Assembly: GCF_001194135.2 (NCBI RefSeq)
Contig: NC_068981.1
Location: 88,858,065 to 88,921,524 of the forward strand
Reading direction: 5' to 3'
Source of the DNA: Octopus bimaculoides
Taxonomy: Eukaryota
DNA: 63,460 bases
Shown here: positions 38,506-51,562 of the stretch, piece after piece
Numbering within the stretch: the stretch's first letter is position 1
How the letters are laid out: every line of letters starts with the position of its first letter
Made by a program: the position numbers and the translations under genes
The notes under the pieces: model-generated
Database searches by the model: none
Told to the model about the DNA's origin: nothing
Seen by the model: only the letters and a program-made list of their open reading frames with translations

Positions 38506-40272
38506 ATTATAATTCAGCATGCCAGTATCCTAAATTTTAACTTCTTCCGTTGTTTGTTTCTTGCATATATTTTTTGTATACTCATATCCTCATGATTTAA
38601 ACGATATGGCACATTTTTAGTAAACTAACTCATCATCTAGATGCCACCCGCTCATCTAAACTTATGGATAAGTCAAAACACTGGCGGGTAGTGGTTACCG
38701 TTTTGTCAACAAAGAAAAGCTAGTCCTTCTGGCTCTTTTGTTTTCATGACTTCCAAACTTGGTTGATAGGATGAAGGAATTTATCCCCAAACCGAGACGT
38801 GGTTTGAATTCTTGCAACAGAGTAACATCTGATAAAGACACTCAAGGATCATGTAGGTGTGTTAAAATGAGCAATGAATTAAGTATATCACTAAGGATTT
38901 AACGATTTTATCAATCCATTGCCTGGAGTGGTACTTTATCGATTACAAATGAATGAAGGATAAAGTTAATCTCGGAGGGATTTGAAATCAGAACACAGGG
39001 AGCCAAAACAAATACTACAGATTTTAGCTGAAGACCATATCGAACATGCTGACTTGGAATATTTGCTTGTGTGTGGTGCACTGGAATATTCTTCGTATAT
39101 CGTACGCGCCTTAGTTTCTACTCTGCTTTTGTGCGTTTGCAGATTAAGGTGGTAATCACAACGGGAGTGGCAAGATGAGTTACGTCTGAATATAACTACT
39201 ACGTCTCTGTACTTATTGATTCTGTGCAGTGTTTGAGGCCAATAATGTTATTGATGCAGCTTCTATTTTTGTGTGCATGTATTTTTAATATATGTTCGGG
39301 CTGAGTGGGTGAAATAATGTTCTTAGAATATCGTTGCAGCAGCAGAATTGCGAAATCAATTTCATAAAACGTAGCACAAAATATTTTTTTAAAAGTAATG
39401 AAATATGTTAGAAAGTAGCATAAAATAAAATTGGTGGTTGTAAATTAAAAATGCTTACACAAATAAATTTGCTGCAGGTCAGTTTTAATATATTTAGTTC
39501 AAAATTTAATATGATATTCAATATGATTTTCTACTTTTAAAACTTAAAATTTCAAAGTAGCAAGGATCCTAATTTAGTAAAAAAGTAGCGTACACTATCG
39601 AGAAGTAGCGTAGCGTTATCCATTACTTGTAATACAATTTGGTAAATCTGTGTAGTATAGCTGTGTTGCAGATGTGTCTATCTATCTTACTTGGAAGCAA
39701 TTTTCTTTCTTTTTTTTTCTTTTTTTTCTTTTGGTTTGGAGTGAGGGAAAGAACTGTGCTAATGTCCTTCGAATGCCTTTCAGAAATACATTATTCAATA
39801 TGTCCTTCATTTGCAAGACGGCAGGATGTAGTTTGCTGGAGATTGTAAAGCTGTTTCATGTCGAGAAATAATCTCTATCGTTGGCTCGTCGAAGTCAAAG
39901 TTGAGGTGAAAGGTTCATATTTTGCTCTGTGAATTCTTGTTTTCTTTGAGTTTATTTATTTATCATTTATTTGTTTATTTATTTATTGGTGGCTGATTTT
40001 AGTAAAATGTTTCACAAGCACATTTGCTTGCTATTGAGTGTAAGTTTGTTATCTGATGTTGCTACTGGAGCGTGTGATGTCGTGTAGCCTTTGTTATAAT
40101 TGCCGAGGCTGCCAAATATTTTGTATAATGTTTTACTGCTTGTTTACTAGCTAATACTGGACACAAGTGCCTGCCAGTTTTCTGTTGTATTTTTTGTCTC
40201 GAGTTTATCAAGTTGAATATTTCAGTACTGAGTGAGTGTGTGAGTGGACACACACAAACACACACACACACA

Positions 40273-40331
<59 letters not shown>

Positions 40332-40380
40332 CTGTATATACTTCTAGAAGTGTGGGCGTATATATATATATATATATATC

Positions 40381-40422
<42 letters not shown>

Positions 40423-40429
40423 TTACTTA

Positions 40430-41011
40430 TTCTAATCATTAGACTACGGTCGGACTGGGGCACCGCTTGAAAAATCTTATTGGAACGAATCGACTCCAGT
40501 ATTTAAACTGTCGTGTCACTTTTGTCGAACCGCTAATGTACGGAGACGTAAACGCACTGACACCGGTTGACAAGCGGTCGTGTATTACAGGCGTAGGAGT
40601 GGCAGTGTGGTAAGTAGCTTGCTTACCAACCACATGGTCCCGGGTTCAGTCCCACTGCGTGGCATCTTGGGCAAGTGTCTTCTACTATAGCCTCGGGCCG
40701 ACCAAAGCCTTGTGAGTGGATTTGGTAGACGGAAACTGAAAGAAGCCTGTCGTATATATGTATATATATATGTTTGTGTGTATGTGTTTGTATGTCTGTG
40801 TTTGTCCCCCCAACATCGCTTGACAACCGATGCTAGTGTGTTTATGTCCCCGTAACTTAGCGGTTCGGCAAAAGAGACCGATAGAATAAGTACTGGGCTT
40901 CCAAAGGATAAGTCCTGGGGTCGATTTGCTCGACTAAAGGCGGTGCTCCAGCATGGCCACAGTCAAAAGACTGAAACAAGTAAAAGAGTAAAAGAGTAAC
41001 CCTGTCAATAT

Positions 41012-41050
<39 letters not shown>

Positions 41051-41330
41051 NNNNNNNNNNNNNNNNNNNNNNNNNNNNNNNNNNNNNNNNNNNNNNNNNN
41101 NNNNNNNNNNNNNNNNNNNNNNNNNNNNNNNNNNNNNNNNNNNCCACATATATATATAAGAGTCCACTGTGTATATACGGTAGTCGTCATTCGGTTTTCG
41201 TCTACCATATCCACTCACAAGACTTTAGCCAGCACGAGATTATAGTGGAAAACACTTGTCCAAGATGCAGTAAGAGTGATCCCGGAACTATGTGGTTGGG
41301 AAGGAAACTTCTTACCACACATCCACGCAG
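40430..41330 (-). mobile_element. Older SINE family B split by the antisense insertion at 40590
   Basis: Antisense tail at 40430-40575 and antisense head at 41160-41330 flank the young plus-strand copy. Confidence 0.65.
40590..40998 (+). mobile_element. Full-length young SINE family B
   Basis: Near-identical to 19929-20343 along head, body and tail. Confidence 0.9.
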
Positions 41331-41464
41331 GATATTCAGTGCCAATATGAGTTGCAGTCTCATGATGTGGAAGCGTCATGTTCTCAAGTACCAGCAAAAG
41401 ATCCCCAAAATATTCAATGCCGTCGCTTGCATATCTAATTGAATATATCAGAGTGACTTTCTCC

Positions 41465-41764
41465 TAGAGACTTGCCTTAACAAAAGCTAAAGGATGTCTC
41501 ATTACCTGTGGTCGTCCAGCATGCCGGACAACATCTCGGAATTTCTGAAGGCCGTGATATTGCTAGACACTGGTTGAACCCAGATTATGTTCATCCGTCC
41601 TTTTAAATGCCTTGTTTTTAGTTCTACTGGGTTTCTAGGAGCCCTCCTCACAGGCAAGCCAAGTGGGCTTGCCGGTTTAGGCACTGACGAATCGACCATG
41701 CAACAGGTTGTACTGGGCTCCATATTACCAGTGGCACTCATGAGCGATCTCACAAGTGACCTGA
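41465..41764 (-). mobile_element. GC-rich 5' leader of a probable RTE-like LINE (copy 2)
   Basis: Homologous to 36460-36650; abuts a (CA/TA) microsatellite at its 5' end. Confidence 0.4.
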
Positions 41765-41899
41765 CATATACATACATACATGCACACACACATACATACA
41801 TACATACATACGTGCATACATGCATACACACACGCACACACACACACACATACACATATACACACACACAAATATATATATACTGAATGCTGTAGTATC

Positions 41900-43050
41900 C
41901 TGTATCACTATTGCCTTTTGTGAACCTTGAATCTGAGTTTAAAGTTTGTAACAATCTTATATTTTCTCGGTGTTATGTGCTTCATAATAATACGTAGGCA
42001 ATTGGAAGGAACTGTTGGGATAGTTTATGTGGTTGTAGTCGCTAGATATGTAGAGGAAAAGATCATCTCTGGATTTTTTGTAGTTAGCTTGCAAAGGGAT
42101 GTCAGTATACTAGTGTGGCATATTTAGAATAGAAGTGGAGTTGATTTAACTTTTTAGCCCCATATCAACCTTAATCAAGCAACTCTATGACCAAAGGTAT
42201 TTCCTCTTTGACAATCACGTAGTTTTATGTATTATAGTATAATATTTTCTAATGTGCTTTTCCTGTATCCAATCGATAGAATGTAACTTTAGGCAATTGA
42301 GCTACTATTTCCAGATGACCGAGTGACTATGCAGAGGTTACATTGCTGATTCATGTAAATGGAGATTAGTTGTGATGGTATTGTGTCAGCCTTTGTATTA
42401 TTTCTATTGTTTTGTACCATAATGTGTTACCTGCGATGACTTCTTTCCCTGTATGGTCTTTTCGGATGTTTTAAACTGTGGTAGTTAAGATGCACAGCCG
42501 AGTATAGATGTATAGACTGTTAATGAGGCTAGAATTCCTAAGTGTATGCTTAAGTTGTTCGATTTGATTGCTCTGTTTCTCGTGCGTCATTTTGTGCTAT
42601 CCTTCGTATTTTTTTATGGATTATTATGTCTCTTCCTTGGATTAGTTTGTTCTAATTGATCAGCATATAAATTGGGATTTGATGGCCGCTGTGGTGCGCT
42701 TGTAATTTCGTTCATTGTAAAAGCAGTCACATGAATGTCATGCGTGATAAAATGTTTTAATTCCAATGAAGTGATTTTACCAGATCGCTAGTGTGGTTTC
42801 AATGAGCTGTTTTGTTCTTGTGGATAAGTTTTGTATAGTATGTTTATATGCATTGTTGAATTGTAAGTATTTTGTTATTTTACTCATACAGACTCATCAC
42901 TAGTATGGTATCCTCTGAAGAAACTTTTTTCATTTGTTCAGCGCCCAATATAGTAAAGCAGGAAAATATAGTTAAGGCAGGAGAATGAAGTTTGATTGAG
43001 AGTTAGATACTATTTGTAGGTGGATAAGTGACTGTACGAAAGTTTCCTCG
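41900..43050 (-). mobile_element. Highly decayed Penelope-like reverse transcriptase remnant
   Basis: Broken-frame peptides resemble G..MGTK.AP.YANL and LYISSDYNH...PFQL..II (PLE RT thumb region). Weak and judged by eye. Confidence 0.35.
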
Positions 43051-43729
43051 TTGGACTATTCAATGTATAGCTTCTAAGACATGCAATTAGCAATCGAAGA
43101 TAATTATTGAATTTAACTCAGCGAGATCTTAACTCCACGTAAGGACAACATTCTTCTAATAAATATAAAACATAAGAATCTGATTTACAAAATCAGTTCG
43201 AAGAATCCCTTATCTTGAATATTTTAGTCGATAACCTTTGCATCGTATCTTCATCATATGAAATGTTTGGCAAACATTTTTGATTTCCTATGAGTTCTTA
43301 AACGTCAAATACAAGGTTTATAGTGACGTAACGAAAATCATGAGTAGATAACTAATTTAAACTGAATTTAGTAAGCGAGGCGGAGGACGAGAAATCAAAT
43401 TTCCAAAACAGAGTATCAGCTGTTAAAAAAATTATAGGTTAACTTTGTTGGAATCGGGTTATAAAGATATTGTATCAGATATTTATTAATTTATTAATGC
43501 TTCAACCAGCCAACATACCACTGCACATACGCACACGTACACACACATATATATATGTATATACATACATAGTGTGTTTCTATAAACTGCGTATGTGTAA
43601 ACAGGATCGCAAGTGTGGGTACGGAAGTTACTATATGTGGGTACTCGAATGATTGATGCAAGATGGGTCAAAACGATTGTTTTGAGCAATAAAGGTTCTC
43701 GTATACGCCATTTTCTCTATCTATCATTT

Positions 43730-43778
<49 letters not shown>

Positions 43779-43998
43779 ATATATATATATATTTAATTAT
43801 ATGTATTTCTTCTATCTTAATGAATAAAAATTCTTCGGATAGAATAAATGGGTTAATAGAAACCAATGTAGCAAAGAACACAAAATAACTGTGGTGTAGT
43901 TCCTGTTTTTAAGGCAGGAACTCCTTGAAATTTTTGGTATTTGAGTATATTTAAAAATTTAAGGAATGGAGAAAACGCATGTTATAATTGCATACTTT

Positions 43999-44084
43999 AT
44001 TCCTACATATGTTTCAAAGGATTACAACCTATGTGATCCATAGGGATCTGTGGTGTTAAAATTGTAACCTTCTCATCAGGGAAT
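43999..44084 (-). ncRNA. Type I hammerhead ribozyme motif, fully intact
   Basis: AUUCC-CUGAUGA-GAAGG/CCUUU plus UUACAA/UUGUAA stem II-GAAA-CAUAUG-UA-GGAAU; perfect 5-bp stem I; GUA triplet. Confidence 0.82.
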
Positions 44085-44421
44085 GTACACAACATATAGT
44101 TATGAGCTACTAATTGTTTCATGCTAATAGCTTCATCCAGGCTGGCTTTAAAACACGCCAAGTGATTCTAAGTAATCTTCGGGTTCTGGGCACATGGCCT
44201 ATACAAGTTACAAATCAGGACGATTGAAGAAGAGAAATCACTGATCTAACTTGTATACACAATGTGGTAAAAGCCTGACATTACTTGGAGATACTAGATA
44301 CTATTGTTAATGTAACAAAATATTAGTAGATCATATCTATATACTGTGTACATTAACAATATTTATCTCCCACCAGATCGAGCACATTTTTCTTGATTTT
44401 ACCTTAACGGGAAAGTGACCA

Positions 44422-44474
<53 letters not shown>

Positions 44475-45097
44475 ATGAATAAATATGTTAGTATACGTAA
44501 GGCCACCGGCTCTGAAAATGTTCTTTCCATGACACTCAAGCATTGCATCCCTGAACTGAAACTGTTCTTATACATAGCCAACTCTTTAATCCTTCACTCT
44601 CTTCACAGACCGTTTCTGTAGAGATGAGTATGGTGTTAGCAAAAAAGTTCATGTTGTTCCTGAAGAGGCTGTATAAAGAAACCGGTTACAAGTAGAACAA
44701 AGTCTAGCACATCCTCCTTACCTGAATCTCTCCTTGTAACCATTCAAATAGAAGGGTGCATAATCTACCACATGTCACACACAAAGGGACAAAACCTAGG
44801 AAAATAGGGACACAAAACTCATGCAAACTGATTCAGATCTCAAAGTCGCGACGTACATATGTGAGCTTTCCTTTGCTGATTCTTGATTAATAATTCAAAA
44901 CACGCTCAAGCATATATTTGTGTAGACACAAGCCGGGAAACCCAAAATAACATAAGTAACGGCTATATGACGCAGTAAATCAACGGCTAAAAAGAGAGAG
45001 AGGAAGCGCAAATATCTCTTAAGTTAATTAGATGACAAGCTTTGAAACAGAATAGTCATATTCCCATCTATTTCCATAGATTCATAATTAATACACG

Positions 45098-45243
<146 letters not shown>

Positions 45244-45851
45244 ATATATATACTGGCAGGCAGATTTACGATATCAAATGGCAAGGTTAGTAAGAAAGTA
45301 AGAAATCAGAATCTTTAATAGCAAACCTTCATTTTTTTCTACATGAAAAAATCTTATAATTAACAATTTACCACACACCCATGACTGGTAGATATACACA
45401 ACTTTGCACATACATACATACATACATGCATACATACATAAATACATACACATATTTAAATGTATTTTATGAAGTTAGCCATGACAGAATCCTAATTCTT
45501 CGAATAAAACATAACTGTCGGACTGCTATATGAATTCTGAAGGCTGCCATTTAAGTACAGCAACAGTGAAATTTTGATGGTAACCTGATGGTAAGCTATA
45601 ACCTTGCATATGTGATCTATTCATCACCGAAACACATATAAGAATGTAATGAATAAGCATATAAACATACCACAGATGTTGTTTTCTTTTCTATACATAA
45701 TCTGTATATTTGGAGTTTCTCCGTGCAAATTCACTTTTCGAGCCCGAGGGAAACATCTGAACCACACATACACACACATGCGCGCGCGCGCGTTTGTGGT
45801 GTGTGTGTGTACCTTTCTGTGTGTGTTTCTGTGAGTGTTTGTGTGTGTGTA

Positions 45852-45890
<39 letters not shown>

Positions 45891-46635
45891 NNNNNNNNNN
45901 NNNNNNNNNNNNNNNNNNNNNNNNNNNNNNNNNNNNNNNNNNNNNNNNNNNNNNNNNNNNNNNNNNNNNNNNNNNNNNNNNNNNNNNNNNNNNNNNNNNN
46001 NNNNNNNNNNNNNNNNNNNNNNNNNNNNNNNNNNNNNNNNNNNNNNNNNNNNNNNNNNNNNNNNNNNNNNNNNNNNNNNNNNNNNNNNNNNNNNNNNNNN
46101 NNNNNNNNNNNNNNNNNNNNNNNNNNNNNNNNNNNNNNNNNNNNNNNNNNNNNNNNNNNNNNNNNNNNNNNNNNNNNNNNNNNNNNNNNNNNNNNNNNNN
46201 NNNNNNNNNNNNNNNNNNNNNNNNNNNNNNNNNNNNNNNNNNNNNNNNNNNNNNNNNNNNNNNNNNNNNNNNNNNNNNNNNNNNNNNNNNNNNNNNNNNN
46301 NNNNNNNNNNNNNNNNNNNNNNNNNNNNNNNNNNNNNNNNNNNNNNNNNNNNNNNNNNNNNNNNNNNNNNNNNNNNNNNNNNNNNNNNNNNNNNNNNNNN
46401 NNNNNNNNNNNNNNNNNNNNNNNNNNNNNNNNNNNNNNNNNNNNNNNNNNNNNNNNNNNNNNNNNNNNNNNNNNNNNNNNNNNNNNNNNNNNNNNNNNNN
46501 NNNNNNNNNNNNNNNNNNNNNNNNNNNNNNNNNNNNNNNNNNNNNNNNNNNNNNNNNNNNNNNNNNNNNNNNNNNNNNNNNNTATATGAAAATGTATATG
46601 CCTGTCTGTGTACGTATACATTGCGTTGATATATA

Positions 46636-46671
<36 letters not shown>

Positions 46672-47461
46672 TGAATGCATGTATGCATGTATGCATGCAT
46701 GTATTATATGTGTGTATGTGTGTGTGTGTGTATGTACATACTTACACATAAATATATATAAATCTTTAGATACATACGCATATGTGGTTCTATATGCAAA
46801 TGAATATATGTAATATTAATTGATATGCCTGCAGAAACGCAGACCTTGTTATATTATAGAAATAGGTCACTGTCAAAACTGCAATCACTGAAGATATGAA
46901 ATAATTATGAAGCGATGGCTGTAGGCGGAAATACCATGACGATAGCGTTTCAAAGATTGTTTTCTAATTACCTTAAGAGTGATTTGCGTTTGCTGTCAAT
47001 TCTGTTAGCAACTAATAATGTTAATAAACAATCACATTAGCTGCTAATGCTTTTAAGAAACCAATCACATTTGCAAGTGCAGTGGATGAATCATAAAAAT
47101 TACAATTTCAATCTCATATACTGATCTTTCGAATTATAATATGAGAAATTACGTTTTAATGTCTACATGTAGCCATAGAAATTATAACTATGCTTCTGTT
47201 ATATAGAAATATGTAAGAATTCTTCACATATGCATGCAAAAATACACACGTATGTAAGTTATGTTTTCTGAATTATATATGAATTAAGAGAGAATGTCTG
47301 TTTGTAGGTGAGCAGTATAAACATACGATAAATATTTCAAACACATGCACATTCTCATACGTACATAAATGTCCACTATCTCTCTCACCCACATATACAC
47401 ACATTGAAGGCTTTAACCATATTAGAAAATACAAATCTTACATTCACTTTCCTTTATTCCT

Positions 47462-47586
47462 AACTACTACTACTACTGCTACTACTACTGCTACTACTAC
47501 TACTACTACTGCTGCTGCTGCTGTTGCTGCTTCTACTGCTGCTGCTGTTACTGCTGCTGCTGCTACTACTACTACTACTACTACTA
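47462..47586. repeat. Compound (ACT)n/(GCT)n trinucleotide repeat
   Basis: Direct reading; similar compound trinucleotide tracts at about 17145-17205, 55215-55300 and 59845-59955. Confidence 0.9.
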
Positions 47587-47744
47587 CAATTACACACAAA
47601 CACAATACAATTACACACACATACACATTCACACACACAGACACGCTCACTCACACACATAGACAAACACAGACACACAAATACACGCACAAAGACGCAC
47701 ACAGACGCACGCACAGACAGACACACACACACACACACACACAC

Positions 47745-47908
47745 ACGACGAGTTTCTTCCAGTTTCTGTTCACCAAATAAATACTCTCACAAGTTTTTAG
47801 TCGGCTTACGGCTATACTAGAAGACTACTGCCGAAGATGCCGCTCAGTGGGACCGAACCTAGAACCATTTGATTGAGAAGCAATCTTCTCAGCACACAGC
47901 CACGTCTG
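47745..47908 (-). mobile_element. SINE family B, 5' half
   Basis: CAGTGGGACCGAACC...CACACAGCCAC is antisense to the B head. Confidence 0.75.
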
Positions 47909-48007
47909 TGTCTATATGCAGTTATTAGTATTTTCTCAAGAAGAGATGTAGAGCCGCCAGATACACTTTTCTCTATGTATTTATAAATTGTAGTATCTGT
48001 CTATAGT

Positions 48008-48389
48008 GGAGGCGCAATGGCCCAGTGGTTAGGGCAGCAGACTCGCGGTTATAGGATCGCGGTTTCGATTCCCAGACCGGGCGTTGTGAGTGTTTATTGA
48101 GCAAAAACACCTAAAGCTCCACGAGGCTCCGGCAGGGGATGGTGGCGAACCCTGCTGTACTCTTCCACCACAACTTACTCTTACTTCCTGTTTCTGCTGT
48201 GCCTGTAATACAAAGGGTCAGCCTTGTCACACTTTGTGTAACGCTGAATATCCCTGAGAACTACGTTAAGGATACACGTGTCTGTGGAGTGCTCAGTCAC
48301 TTGCACGTTAATTTCACGAGCAGGCTGTTCCGTTGATCGGATCAACTGGAACCCTCGACGTCGTAAGCGACGGAGTGCCAACAACAACA
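48008..48389 (+). mobile_element. Full-length tRNA-derived SINE (family C)
   Basis: GGAGGCGCAATGGCCCAGTGGTTAGGG A-box, GGTTTCGATTCCC B-box, 3' stem-loop GTTCCGTTGATC/TCAACTGGAAC and (CAA)n tail. Confidence 0.85.
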
Positions 48390-48879
48390 TCTGCCCATAA
48401 TAGAAACGTCTTATGATATATATAGATATTAAACTCCATTGATGAAGCTAATCGTTTCTGTTTTAAAAACAAAACCTATATATATATGCATAAATAAATA
48501 TATGCAAATCATCTAAGGCAGAGGATGTTTGCGTATCTAAGTTAAGATGTATTAGTGTAAACTTATTTAAACTTATTTTTATTACCGTATGCAATTACTC
48601 TTATGCAATTACCTATCTTAGCAGTGTATCATATGAATGCGAAACTAAGATAACCACACCAAGTCTATTGAATAAACCGTAGTGTTTATCTAGTGTTCGT
48701 AAAGTATATATGTGAATTTGTCTTCGCTATATATGCTCCAATACACACTGAACGTTTTATGTATAATTCGAGCTGGTACTTCTAAGGAGATTTGAGTACG
48801 ACTTAACCAGGCATCCTTTACAGCCTACTACATTTTTCAATATACCACCCAGAAATGTTGATTTCTGACATACATCTTG

Positions 48880-48965
<86 letters not shown>

Positions 48966-50026
48966 CACATAAGTGTATATATATGTACATATATACATAT
49001 GTAAATATATGCATGTATATATATATATATATGTGTGTGTATATATATTTGTATATATATATGTGTATATATGCTTGTATTTGAGTACCCGATGAGTATG
49101 TTTCTTGCGTTGTGAATGCTTCCTTTCTCTTTCTCTCTCTCCTCCCCCTCTCTCTCTTTATCTGTGTTATTAGTTTTGTGAGTGTGTAAGTGCATTCTGT
49201 ACAACTTGTAGATTACAAGTTCTAATTTATACAAATCTCCTGTGTCTCTTTTTCACTCTTCTCAATTCCCCGCTTGCTGCATTCCTTACGTGAAATCTAT
49301 GCACATACAGACAGGCACACGCACACACACACTTATACACAGACATAGGACGATTCACAAAACGAAAAAGGTAGATGGTTTTCTGTTCGACAGCTTTAAG
49401 TGTAGTAACCTCAGTGCTGACGTATTTGACCTCATGAGACTAGGCACATACTGTTTAGTGATATACAATAAGAACAGTCACTAAATAAATGAATTTTGAT
49501 AAGACGTGAAATCTACTTCATCATCACCACTGGCACCAACCTAAAATTAGCTCATTTCTAAGATATTAAACTACTATTACCTAGAGACAATACTATTCCC
49601 CGACCTGAAAAATAAAAAAGACAAAAGAAAAAGAAACAAACGAGGAAACGCTATTCATACACAAAGATTCCAACCACCCTAGAACTGTTACTGAGAATTG
49701 TGCAGAAGACTTAAGTAGGAGAGTTGTAGTTCTATACTCAGGCATATACATATTCATCAGATGTCTTAGCAAGAAGTGGATTTAGCAGGTAAGTAGTACG
49801 CAGAAAAAAATGCAGGCAAAGTAGTAGATCAAAGACTTTCTTTCTAGAAAGCCAGTATCTTCCACTCATACACAAATGTAAAAACGTTTCAATACTGATA
49901 AGTTTATGATCTTTTTTCTACAAAACTGCTTCTCATATCTCACGTCACAACCTAAAACATACATACAGACCGCCCGGCCATTGACAGCAAGCTGTTCATG
50001 GAATAAGGCATCAATCTACTTCATTA

Positions 50027-50075
<49 letters not shown>

Positions 50076-51154
50076 CCTGTCTGTCTGTCTGTCTGTCTGT
50101 GTCTGTCTGTCTGTATATATGTATGTGTGTGTGTGTGTGTGTATGTTTATATAAATACATACATACATATACATATACGTATATATATATAGGTGTGTGT
50201 ACATAAATACATACATATTCATTTATATGCATCTATACTTATACTATGTGTCTTTATATTTATCAAATCATGTAATTATCTATGTAGATATTGAATTATT
50301 GATCAGGTAGTCTCTTTCATTATAGGTCTTTCTTGACACCAATAACTATTTTCTATTAAATATTGGGAAAGACGACTGGTTTTTTGCCCTTCTTTTCTAT
50401 GCTGATTCATAACTTGCAGTTAGTCAATATATTCTCTGTGATGCCTCGTCTAATTATCAGTAAAATATGTCATTTCCCAAGTGGCAATATCTCTAATCCA
50501 TACACATATCTGTGCATCTAACAACGCTTTTTGTGACCTATGTGCGTAACATAGCTGTATCTAAAAGTCAGATATAAATAAAATCGAATGTTTGGAGGAG
50601 CTGTGGTCAAACATATATAGCGCATTGGCAATTTTGCTGATATGATTTCATTTCATGTGGGCAGCTCTGTATGTAATTACTAATTTACAAAAGGGAAGGC
50701 ATTTTAATTGTTCGAGCAAATAGGTAACTGCCAGATATTATAGATACAAAACTATACGCATGAAAATGCATATATGCAGTCATAGAGAACCACACACACA
50801 GGTGCGCGCGCACATGCACATGCACATGCACACACGCACACACACACGCCGAGACACACTCATACACACTCAGACACGCCGACACACACATATACGATCT
50901 CATACACATGTACATACATAGATATAAATAAATAAATATATATATATATATATATAATTTTATTAAATTATTGATAAATTACATAGGAACATGAGTTACG
51001 TAATCATTTAAATTAGGAGCAGGCATTACGTAATCGTTTTAATTAGTTTACCGAAGCTTAATGCAATAAAGAAATGTGAGCCCAGAGTTGAGTGAGAGCG
51101 ACATTTTATAACCTCCTGCCTGTCAGATCTTAGTAATACTGTGAATTATAAGTA

Positions 51155-51562
51155 TATTGCTTTCAAATTTTGACTCAAGGCCAGCAATTTCAGGAGTGGG
51201 AGTAAATCGAATATATAGCGCTCAACAGGTTCTTCTTTTATCGATCCTGAAATTGAACTCGGACTTGCCTGCTCGCCACCTTATTGTGAATTATAATTAT
51301 ATTGAGGTGTAACAAGTGATTATTGCTGTTGTTATGGCTAAGCAGAATAATCCTTTCTATTATAGCTACAAGGCCTGAAATTTGGCGAGAAGACACTAGT
51401 TGATTACATCAACCCCAGGGTTACACCGGTATTTAATTTATCGACCCCGAATAGATGAAAGACAAAGTTGACGTCGGCGGAATTTGAACTCACTACGTGA
51501 ATACGGACACAATGTCGCTAAGCATTTTGCCGGCGTACTGAAAATTCTGTAAACTCGCCATC
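51155..51562 (-). mobile_element. Two tandem SINE family A remnants
   Basis: Antisense A copies at about 51155-51282 (deleted) and about 51350-51562. Confidence 0.7.

Noticed and set aside
41502-41954. 150-aa ORF with apparent AG/GT boundaries at about 41505-41760
   Set aside because: The region is homologous to 36460-36650, so it is a repeat leader; the acceptor lacks a pyrimidine tract.
48008-48085. tRNA-like sequence as a true tRNA gene
   Set aside because: It runs directly into a SINE body and tail with no acceptor stem; the same applies to the other SINE heads.
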